Assembly (NCBI RefSeq): GCF_000195955.2
Contig: NC_000962.3
Coordinates: forward strand, 30,001 to 62,000
DNA from: Mycobacterium tuberculosis H37Rv
GTDB lineage: Bacteria > Actinomycetota > Actinomycetes > Mycobacteriales > Mycobacteriaceae
DNA length: 32,000 nucleotides
Direction of reading: 5' to 3'
Shown: positions 1 through 7,262 of the stretch, piece after piece
Layout of the letters: each line of letters starts with the position of its first letter
Position numbering within the stretch: the first letter of the stretch is position 1
Notes under the pieces: model-generated
The model's input: the letters and a program-made list of their open reading frames with translations, nothing else
Database searches by the model: none
What the model was told of the DNA's origin: nothing
Translations under genes and position numbers: made by a program

Positions 1-1068
1 AATTCGGCTACCGCGCAGCTCGATCTGCAGGTCGTCTCGGCAATTCTGAACGCGCATCTGAAGACTGTCGAGGGTGGCGAATCGCTGCACGAGCTTCAGC
101 AAGAGATCGAAGCCGCGGTACGCATTCGATCCGATCTGGACACTCCGGCCGGCGCGCGTGATTTCCAGCGTTTCTTGATCGGCAAGCTCAAGGATATCCG
201 GGAGGTGGTTGCGACCGCGAGCCTGGACGCTGCGTCGAAATCCGCTCTGATGGCCGCCTGGACATCGCTGTATGACGCATCCAAGGGCGACCGTGGCGAT
301 GCCGATGACCGCGGACCGGCGTCGGTCGGCTCGGGCGGCGCGCCCGCACGCGGTGCCGGTCAGCAGCCGGAGTTGCCGACACGAGCCGAACCCGATTGCC
401 TCCTCGACTCGCTGCTGCTCGAGGATCCGGGTTTGCTGGCCGATGACCTACAGGTGCCGGGAGGCACATCCGCGGCAATACCATCAGCGTCGTCGACGCC
501 AAGCCTGCCCAATCTTGGCGGAGCAACGATGCCGGGTGGCGGAGCAACACCGGCCTTGGTCCCCGGTGTGAGCGCGCCGGGTGGGCTTCCGCTCTCCGGC
601 CTGCTGCGCGGCGTGGGTGACGAACCGGAGTTGACGGACTTCGACGAACGGGGACAAGAAGTCAGGGATCCGGCCGATTATGAGCATTCCAACGAACCGG
701 ATGAGCGTCGCGCCGACGACCGAGAAGGCGCCGACGAGGACGCCGGGCTGGGCAAGTCAGAATCGCCACCGCAGGCTCCGACGACCGTGACGCTGCCCAA
801 CGGTGAGACGGTGACCGCGGCCAGTCCCCAGCTCGCCGCGGCGATCAAGGCGGCGGCCAGCGGCACACCGATCGCAGATGCGTTCCAACAACAGGGAATT
901 GCCATCCCGCTACCGGGAACCGCGGTCGCCAACCCCGTCGACCCCGCCCGGATCTCAGCGGGAGACGTAGGTGTGTTCACCGCCACGCCCTTGCCCTTGG
1001 CCCTAGCAAAGCTCTTCTGGACGGCCAGATTCAACACATCTCAGCCGTGCGAGGGCCAAACTTTCTAG
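1..1068 (+). CDS. C-terminal 355 aa of a hypothetical ESX-associated-type protein (Rv0026-like, possible DUF4226 family); 5' end outside window
   Basis: Frame 1 is open from base 1 (NSATAQLDLQVVSAILNAHL...DFQRFLIGKLKDIREVVATASLDAASKSALMAAWTSLYDAS) to the TAG at 1066-1068. The listed ORF start at 175 is an internal TTG, not a true start. The 3' end looks frameshifted (see findings). Confidence 0.8.
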   Translation, partial: NSATAQLDLQVVSAILNAHLKTVEGGESLHELQQEIEAAVRIRSDLDTPAGARDFQRFLIGKLKDIREVVATASLDAASKSALMAAWTSLYDASKGDRGDADDRGPASVGSGGAPARGAGQQPELPTRAEPDCLLDSLLLEDPGLLADDLQVPGGTSAAIPSASSTPSLPNLGGATMPGGGATPALVPGVSAPGGLPLSGLLRGVGDEPELTDFDERGQEVRDPADYEHSNEPDERRADDREGADEDAGLGKSESPPQAPTTVTLPNGETVTAASPQLAAAIKAAASGTPIADAFQQQGIAIPLPGTAVANPVDPARISAGDVGVFTATPLPLALAKLFWTARFNTSQPCEGQTF

Positions 1069-1188
1069 GCTGGATACATCCAGCGGCGACCGCGACCGCG
1101 CCGGCGAGGACCGAAGCACCGACACCAACCAGGCCGGCGGCCGCTCGATAGGTACTGACCGCCCGGTCACAACAAGAGGAGACAGCGG

Positions 1189-1506
1189 ATGACAGATCGA
1201 ATTCACGTGCAGCCTGCACATTTACGTCAGGCCGCTGCCCATCACCAGCAGACCGCCGACTACCTGCGGACCGTGCCGTCGTCGCACGACGCGATCCGCG
1301 AAAGTCTGGACTCGCTGGGGCCTATTTTCAGTGAGCTCCGCGACACCGGGCGTGAGCTGCTCGAGCTCAGAAAGCAGTGCTACCAGCAGCAAGCCGACAA
1401 CCACGCCGATATTGCCCAGAACCTGCGAACGTCGGCCGCGATGTGGGAGCAGCACGAGCGAGCGGCGTCGCGCAGCCTCGGCAACATCATTGACGGGAGC
1501 CGATGA
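1189..1506 (+). CDS. Small helical protein, EspC/DUF2580-like (Rv0027-like), 105 aa
   Basis: Complete ORF MTDRIHVQPAHLRQAAAHHQQTADYLRTVP..., with GAGGAGA-type RBS upstream. The 'L..AA.HH...AD.L' pattern is typical of mycobacterial EspC-like proteins. Confidence 0.85.
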   Translation: MTDRIHVQPAHLRQAAAHHQQTADYLRTVPSSHDAIRESLDSLGPIFSELRDTGRELLELRKQCYQQQADNHADIAQNLRTSAAMWEQHERAASRSLGNIIDGSR

Positions 1507-1513
1507 CAGGGCG

Positions 1514-1819
1514 ATGACCGACGCCAATCCCGCTTTCGACACGGTCCACCCCAGCGGGCACATTCTTGTTCGGTCCTGCCGCGGTGGATACATGCATAGC
1601 GTCTCGCTGAGCGAGGCGGCGATGGAGACCGACGCAGAAACCCTGGCGGAAGCCATCCTGCTCACCGCCGACGTGTCCTGCCTTAAAGCGTTGCTGGAAG
1701 TACGCAACGAGATCGTGGCGGCGGGCCACACCCCGTCCGCGCAGGTTCCCACGACCGACGACCTGAACGTCGCGATCGAAAAGCTGCTGGCCCATCAACT
1801 GCGCCGCCGTAACCGTTGA
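1514..1819 (+). CDS. Conserved hypothetical protein, 101 aa (Rv0028-like)
   Basis: ATG at 1514 (MTDANPAFDTVHPSGHILVRSCRGG...), 7 nt after the previous stop. The ORF track gives a longer TTG-started form from 1331. Confidence 0.8.
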   Translation: MTDANPAFDTVHPSGHILVRSCRGGYMHSVSLSEAAMETDAETLAEAILLTADVSCLKALLEVRNEIVAAGHTPSAQVPTTDDLNVAIEKLLAHQLRRRNR

Positions 1820-1823
1820 AGTG

Positions 1824-1967
1824 CTAGATGAGCCAGGTCTTGGTGCTGTCGGGATCGGGTGCGATGTCGGTGGGCGGCTCGATCGGATTGGGGCCGAACA
1901 ATTCTCGCGCTCGAGTGAGCAGAGCCCGCACCTCGTCGAGTTGCTGCTGCAGCGCAGAATCAGCCAT
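1824..1967 (-). CDS. Candidate unannotated small ORF, 47 aa: MADSALQQQLDEVRALLTRARELFGPNPIEPPTDIAPDPDSTKTWLI
   Basis: Read from the reverse complement: ATG at 1967-1965, TAG at 1826-1824. GC-rich third positions, heptad-like amphipathic N-terminus, acidic/Pro C-terminus. Fills most of an otherwise empty gap. Too short for the supplied ORF track. Confidence 0.45.
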   Translation of the reverse strand: MADSALQQQLDEVRALLTRARELFGPNPIEPPTDIAPDPDSTKTWLI

Positions 1968-2056
1968 AACCCCACGCTACCCAGGCCCCGTCTGACACAC
2001 AATTCACCACCCGCTCACCGCCTGCGCGGGCCAGATGATGCCGGTACGCTTACCCG

Positions 2057-3154
2057 GTGGCGATCTTCGGTCGATGGAGTGCGCGCCAGCGACTCCGGAG
2101 AGCGACCCGGGAATCCCTCACGATTCCGACGTTTAGCTCCTCGCTGGATTGCACCACACGGGTAATTGGCGGGCTCTGGCCCGCTGAGCTTTCGTCTAAC
2201 ACCGCCGAAACCGCCACGCTTGCAGAACATCTGAAAGCGGATCTGCATCGGATAGTTGGTTCTGCCAACGACGAGCTGATGGTCATCTGGCGTGCGGGGA
2301 TGGCTGATTCGACGCGACGCGCAGAAGAAGACAGAGTGATCGACCGCGCCCGCGCGTCGGCGATGCGTCGCGTCGAGTCGGCGATGCGCGAGCTTCGGCA
2401 GATAACGGGGCGCGTTCCCGTGGAAATTCCGCGTATGCGCGGCGCCGGCGGCTCGGATCTGGACACGACACGACTCATGCCGGCCGTCACGGTAGTTCAG
2501 CCCGCTGACCAGGCCTGTACGGATTGGCCGGTTGCCGCCGCCGAGGATGACGAAGCCCGACTGCAGCGCCTCCTGGCGTTCGTGGCTCGTCAGGAGCCAC
2601 GGCTGAACTGGGCGGTCGGCGTTCACGCGGACGGCACGACGGTCCTGGTCACCGACGTCGCCCATGGTTGGATACCTCCGGGCATCGCCCTTCCCGAAGG
2701 CGTGCGATTGTTGGCACCGGCGCGACGCGCCGGCAGAGCCCCCGAGTTGGTCGGTATCACGACGTGTTGCAAGACGTACACCCCCGGTGACTCGCTGCGT
2801 CGGGCGGTCGATTCAACCGCGCCGACGTCCTCGGTGCAGCCGCGAGCGTTGCCAGCGATCGCCGGCCTGAGTGTGGAGCTGGGCATAGCGACCCAGCGGC
2901 ACGACGGCTTACCGAAGATCGTGCACGCCATGGCCACGGCGGCCGGCAACGGCGCCGCCGCCGAGGAAGTCGACCTGTTGCGGGTGCACGTCGATACCGC
3001 GCTCCACCACGTCTTGGCCCAGTATCCCCGGGTCGATCCGGCGTTACTGCTCAACTGTATGTTGTTGGCCGCCACCGAGCGCAGCGTCACGGGAGACCCG
3101 ATCGCGGCGAACTATCACTTCGCGTGGTTCCGGGAACTCGATTCACGCCGATAG
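2057..3154 (+). CDS. Conserved hypothetical protein, 365 aa (Rv0029-like)
   Basis: GTG-started ORF with a mycobacterial-like composition. An in-frame TGA at 2036-2038 limits the 5' end. Confidence 0.75.
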   Translation: MAIFGRWSARQRLRRATRESLTIPTFSSSLDCTTRVIGGLWPAELSSNTAETATLAEHLKADLHRIVGSANDELMVIWRAGMADSTRRAEEDRVIDRARASAMRRVESAMRELRQITGRVPVEIPRMRGAGGSDLDTTRLMPAVTVVQPADQACTDWPVAAAEDDEARLQRLLAFVARQEPRLNWAVGVHADGTTVLVTDVAHGWIPPGIALPEGVRLLAPARRAGRAPELVGITTCCKTYTPGDSLRRAVDSTAPTSSVQPRALPAIAGLSVELGIATQRHDGLPKIVHAMATAAGNGAAAEEVDLLRVHVDTALHHVLAQYPRVDPALLLNCMLLAATERSVTGDPIAANYHFAWFRELDSRR

Positions 3155-3223
3155 CTTTCTCGAATCCCCACGGCAAGCGTCCGGCGATGAATTGACGCTG
3201 GTGGGGGGCGTGGACATACTGTC

Positions 3224-3553
3224 ATGGTGTCGGGGTCGGACAGTCGCAGCGAACCGAGCCAGCTGAGCGACCGAGACCTCGTCGAATCGGTTCTTCGTGA
3301 CTTGAGCGAGGCGGCCGACAAGTGGGAGGCGCTCGTCACGCAGGCTGAAACTGTTACCTACAGCGTGGACTTGGGAGACGTTCGCGCTGTTGCCAATTCG
3401 GACGGGCGGTTGCTCGAGCTGACGTTGCATCCGGGCGTGATGACCGGCTACGCGCACGGGGAGCTGGCCGACCGAGTGAACCTGGCGATTACGGCCCTGC
3501 GCGACGAGGTTGAGGCCGAGAACCGGGCACGGTACGGCGGCCGCCTGCAGTGA
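3224..3553 (+). CDS. YbaB/EbfC-like small protein, 109 aa (Rv0030-like)
   Basis: MVSGSDSRSEPSQLSDRDLVESVLRDLSEAADKWEALVTQAETVTYSVDLGDVRAVANSDGRLLELTLHPGV...; the beta-rich 'G.v.av.n.dGrl..l.l.p' core followed by a helix resembles YbaB-type proteins. Confidence 0.75.
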   Translation: MVSGSDSRSEPSQLSDRDLVESVLRDLSEAADKWEALVTQAETVTYSVDLGDVRAVANSDGRLLELTLHPGVMTGYAHGELADRVNLAITALRDEVEAENRARYGGRLQ

Positions 3554-3581
3554 CATCGGTATCTGCGAGGATCAAGCCCAT

Positions 3582-3794
3582 TTGCTGGCAAGGCATTTCG
3601 GCGCGGGGCGCAAGGCCCACAGCCGGGCCGTGGCCACCCTGAAAGCCGATATCCAAGCCTGGCACCCGGCTGGCATCCAGACCCCGAAGCCGCGATGCGA
3701 ATCAGATGTGTTCGCGCGAATCGGTCACACGAGCCACCCATCAACTCGGAAGAGCCGGGTGGGGCCGGGAGCATCCGAGGCACCGCTTGCCTGA
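3582..3794 (+). pseudogene. Probable remnant of a transposase, OrfB/TnpB-like N-terminal fragment (Rv0031-like)
   Basis: LLARHFGAGRKAHSRAVATLKADIQAWHPAGIQTPKP resembles the N-terminal region of mycobacterial TnpB/OrfB-like proteins as recalled. No catalytic domain follows. Confidence 0.45.
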
Positions 3795-4195
3795 CATAAC
3801 AGCGTAACCGCCCCGCCATTGTCGCTGTGATGGACATGCCCCAGCCATTTGTCGGCTAGCTATACAGCGAACGTCAATTTTTCGTGAATCAGCCTGAGGC
3901 TATTGATAATTCACGGCGGCACGTCCTACTCTTAGCGGCGCTATGCGACCCAATGCGCGTGCGATGTTGCGTTTGGTGCATTGTGGTGCCGGTGCTGGTG
4001 GGCCGGCGATAACGTCGAAAGGTGCGGTATTGGGTGACCGTGTTGGCGCGTTGTCGCAGTGCCGATCGGCGGCAGCGCTGAGTCGATTCGACTTTGCACC
4101 CCGTGACTCTGTTCCCACCGCCACCTTCGGTGGTGGATGCGCTTTCAGGTCCACCAATAGGCTAGCTGTTTTCGAGCGGTGTATTTGCGTGGGGG

Positions 4196-6610
4196 GTGAA
4201 TGTGGATACGGACAATGACAGGCCCACGCTGGCGAGGGTTTACCGCAGCCTGCGGGACATTTGTCCGGACAGCTGGAATCTTCCGGGCGGTCGGATGCCC
4301 ACTGGCTTGGGCTATGACTTTCTGCGCCCTGTCGAGGACTCGGGGATCAACGACCTGAAGCACTATTACTTCATGGCGGATTTGGCCGATGGGCAACCGC
4401 TAGGCCGGGCAAACCTCTATAGCGTCTGTTTCGACCTGGCCACCACCGACCGCAAGCTCACTCCGGCCTGGCGAACGACCATCAAACGGTGGTTTCCGGG
4501 GTTTATGACCTTCCGTTTCCTCGAGTGCGGGTTGCTCACCATGGTGAGCAACCCGCTGGCGTTGCGGTCCGACACCGACTTGGAGCGGGTATTGCCTGTG
4601 CTGGCCGGCCAGATGGACCAGTTGGCGCATGACGACGGGTCGGATTTCTTGATGATCCGGGACGTGGACCCGGAACACTACCAGCGATACCTTGACATCC
4701 TGCGCCCGTTGGGCTTTCGGCCTGCGCTGGGCTTTTCCCGGGTAGACACGACCATCAGCTGGTCGAGCGTGGAAGAGGCACTGGGCTGCCTGTCTCACAA
4801 AAGGCGCCTGCCGTTGAAGACGTCGCTGGAGTTTCGTGAGCGGTTCGGTATCGAGGTCGAGGAACTCGACGAGTATGCCGAGCATGCGCCGGTATTGGCC
4901 CGGCTTTGGCGCAACGTCAAGACGGAGGCAAAGGATTACCAGCGCGAGGACCTGAACCCTGAGTTCTTCGCGGCGTGTTCTCGGCATCTGCATGGACGTA
5001 GCAGACTGTGGTTGTTCCGCTACCAGGGCACGCCAATTGCCTTCTTTTTGAACGTTTGGGGTGCGGATGAGAACTACATACTGCTTGAGTGGGGCATCGA
5101 TCGTGATTTTGAACATTATAGGAAGGCGAATCTGTACCGGGCGGCGCTGATGCTCAGCCTAAAAGATGCGATCAGCCGAGATAAACGGCGAATGGAAATG
5201 GGTATTACGAACTATTTCACAAAACTTCGCATTCCGGGTGCCCGAGTCATACCGACCATCTATTTCCTGCGTCACAGCACGGATCCGGTGCATACGGCAA
5301 CGTTAGCGCGAATGATGATGCACAATATTCAACGGCCAACGCTACCCGACGATATGTCGGAGGAATTCTGTCGCTGGGAAGAGCGAATACGTCTGGACCA
5401 GGACGGGCTACCCGAACACGATATCTTTCGCAAGATCGATCGTCAGCACAAATACACGGGGCTCAAACTCGGCGGAGTCTACGGTTTTTATCCCCGATTC
5501 ACCGGACCGCAGCGATCCACGGTCAAGGCCGCGGAGCTGGGCGAGATCGTGTTGCTGGGCACGAACTCGTATCTGGGCCTGGCCACCCATCCAGAGGTGG
5601 TGGAGGCCTCGGCGGAGGCCACGCGACGGTACGGCACCGGCTGCTCGGGTTCGCCGTTGCTGAACGGCACGTTGGACTTGCACGTCTCGCTTGAGCAGGA
5701 ACTAGCCTGTTTTTTGGGCAAACCCGCCGCCGTGTTGTGCTCCACCGGATATCAGAGCAACCTGGCGGCGATCAGCGCGCTATGCGAATCCGGGGACATG
5801 ATCATCCAAGACGCGCTGAACCACCGCAGCCTGTTCGACGCCGCCAGGTTGTCCGGGGCCGACTTCACCTTGTACCGGCACAACGACATGGACCACCTGG
5901 CGCGGGTGCTACGCCGCACCGAGGGGCGCCGCCGGATCATCGTCGTGGACGCGGTGTTCAGCATGGAAGGCACCGTCGCCGACCTGGCCACCATCGCCGA
6001 GCTTGCCGACCGGCACGGCTGCCGGGTCTATGTGGACGAGTCCCATGCGCTGGGCGTGCTCGGCCCCGACGGGCGAGGAGCTTCGGCCGCGTTGGGTGTC
6101 TTGGCGCGCATGGACGTGGTGATGGGCACGTTCAGCAAATCCTTTGCCTCCGTCGGCGGGTTCATCGCCGGAGATCGGCCCGTCGTGGACTACATCCGGC
6201 ACAACGGTTCAGGTCATGTGTTTTCCGCCAGCCTGCCGCCGGCCGCCGCGGCTGCCACCCACGCGGCTCTGCGCGTCAGTCGGCGTGAACCCGACCGGCG
6301 GGCTCGGGTGCTGGCCGCGGCCGAGTACATGGCCACCGGCCTGGCACGGCAGGGCTATCAGGCCGAGTATCACGGAACCGCGATCGTGCCGGTGATCCTG
6401 GGCAACCCGACCGTGGCGCATGCGGGCTATCTGCGGCTGATGCGCTCCGGGGTGTATGTGAACCCGGTGGCCCCCCCAGCCGTGCCGGAGGAGCGTTCGG
6501 GATTCCGCACCAGCTACCTAGCCGACCACCGACAATCTGACCTCGACCGGGCCTTGCACGTGTTTGCCGGCCTTGCCGAGGACCTGACCCCGCAAGGAGC
6601 CGCGCTATGA
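4196..6610 (+). CDS. bioF2: Two-domain protein: N-terminal BioF2-like GNAT/FemAB-type acyltransferase domain plus C-terminal PLP-dependent alpha-oxoamine synthase (AONS/KBL/SPT-like) domain; alternative start ATG at 4295
   Basis: 804 aa ORF. The C-terminal half has [43 protein letters not shown] and the PLP-lysine region [16 protein letters not shown]. The N-terminal half ([11 protein letters not shown]...[10 protein letters not shown]...[20 protein letters not shown]) is GNAT/FemAB-like. Confidence 0.93.
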   Translation: MNVDTDNDRPTLARVYRSLRDICPDSWNLPGGRMPTGLGYDFLRPVEDSGINDLKHYYFMADLADGQPLGRANLYSVCFDLATTDRKLTPAWRTTIKRWFPGFMTFRFLECGLLTMVSNPLALRSDTDLERVLPVLAGQMDQLAHDDGSDFLMIRDVDPEHYQRYLDILRPLGFRPALGFSRVDTTISWSSVEEALGCLSHKRRLPLKTSLEFRERFGIEVEELDEYAEHAPVLARLWRNVKTEAKDYQREDLNPEFFAACSRHLHGRSRLWLFRYQGTPIAFFLNVWGADENYILLEWGIDRDFEHYRKANLYRAALMLSLKDAISRDKRRMEMGITNYFTKLRIPGARVIPTIYFLRHSTDPVHTATLARMMMHNIQRPTLPDDMSEEFCRWEERIRLDQDGLPEHDIFRKIDRQHKYTGLKLGGVYGFYPRFTGPQRSTVKAAELGEIVLLGTNSYLGLATHPEVVEASAEATRRYGTGCSGSPLLNGTLDLHVSLEQELACFLGKPAAVLCSTGYQSNLAAISALCESGDMIIQDALNHRSLFDAARLSGADFTLYRHNDMDHLARVLRRTEGRRRIIVVDAVFSMEGTVADLATIAELADRHGCRVYVDESHALGVLGPDGRGASAALGVLARMDVVMGTFSKSFASVGGFIAGDRPVVDYIRHNGSGHVFSASLPPAAAAATHAALRVSRREPDRRARVLAAAEYMATGLARQGYQAEYHGTAIVPVILGNPTVAHAGYLRLMRSGVYVNPVAPPAVPEERSGFRTSYLADHRQSDLDRALHVFAGLAEDLTPQGAAL

Positions 6611-6870
6611 AAGAGGCCATCAACGCCACCATCCAACGGATCTTGCGAACCGACCGCGGCATCACCGCGAACCAGGTACTCGTCGACGACCTGGGTTTTG
6701 ACTCGCTCAAGCTGTTCCAGTTGATCACCGAGCTAGAAGACGAATTCGACATCGCCATCTCTTTCCGCGACGCACAGAACATCAAAACAGTGGGAGACGT
6801 CTACACCAGCGTCGCGGTCTGGTTCCCCGAAACCGCCAAGCCGGCCCCACTTGGGAAAGGAACAGCATGA
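6607..6870 (+). CDS. acpA: Acyl carrier protein, 87 aa
   Basis: Carrier motif [23 protein letters not shown] with the phosphopantetheine serine. Start overlaps the upstream stop by 4 nt (ATGA). Confidence 0.95.
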   Translation: MKEAINATIQRILRTDRGITANQVLVDDLGFDSLKLFQLITELEDEFDIAISFRDAQNIKTVGDVYTSVAVWFPETAKPAPLGKGTA

Positions 6871-7262
6871 CCGACGACGCCGATCTTGATCTGGTCCGAA
6901 GAACTTTCGCCGCGTTTGCCCGCGGCGACCTCGCCGAGCTGACGCAATGCTTTGCGCCCGACGTGGAGCAGTTTGTCCCGGGCAAGCACGCCCTGGCTGG
7001 GGTGTTCCGCGGCGTGGACAACGTGGTTGCCTGCCTCGGCGACACCGCGGCCGCCGCCGACGGCACCATGACGGTGACGCTTGAAGACGTGTTAAGCAAC
7101 ACCGATGGCCAGGTGATCGCCGTGTATCGATTGCGGGCCAGCAGGGCCGGGAAGGTCCTCGACCAGCGCGAGGCGATCCTGGTTACCGTCGCCGGTGGTC
7201 GGATCACCCGACTTAGCGAGTTTTACGCCGACCCGGCGGCGACCGAAAGCTTCTGGGCATGA
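6867..7262 (+). CDS. SnoaL-like/nuclear transport factor 2-fold protein, 131 aa (Rv0034-like)
   Basis: [49 protein letters not shown]...; ATGA overlaps with both neighbours. Confidence 0.85.
   Translation: MTDDADLDLVRRTFAAFARGDLAELTQCFAPDVEQFVPGKHALAGVFRGVDNVVACLGDTAAAADGTMTVTLEDVLSNTDGQVIAVYRLRASRAGKVLDQREAILVTVAGGRITRLSEFYADPAATESFWA

Noticed and set aside
1069-1084. Hairpin gctgga-taca-tccagc right after the first CDS stop as an intrinsic terminator
   Set aside because: Only 6 bp, no T-tract, and the sequence is explained as coding (GWIHPA) in the shifted frame.
3900-4218. Opposing 85-aa (minus) and 91-aa (plus) ORFs upstream of bioF2
   Set aside because: No motif and no good ribosome binding site. 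Kept only as part of the unusual intergenic region finding.
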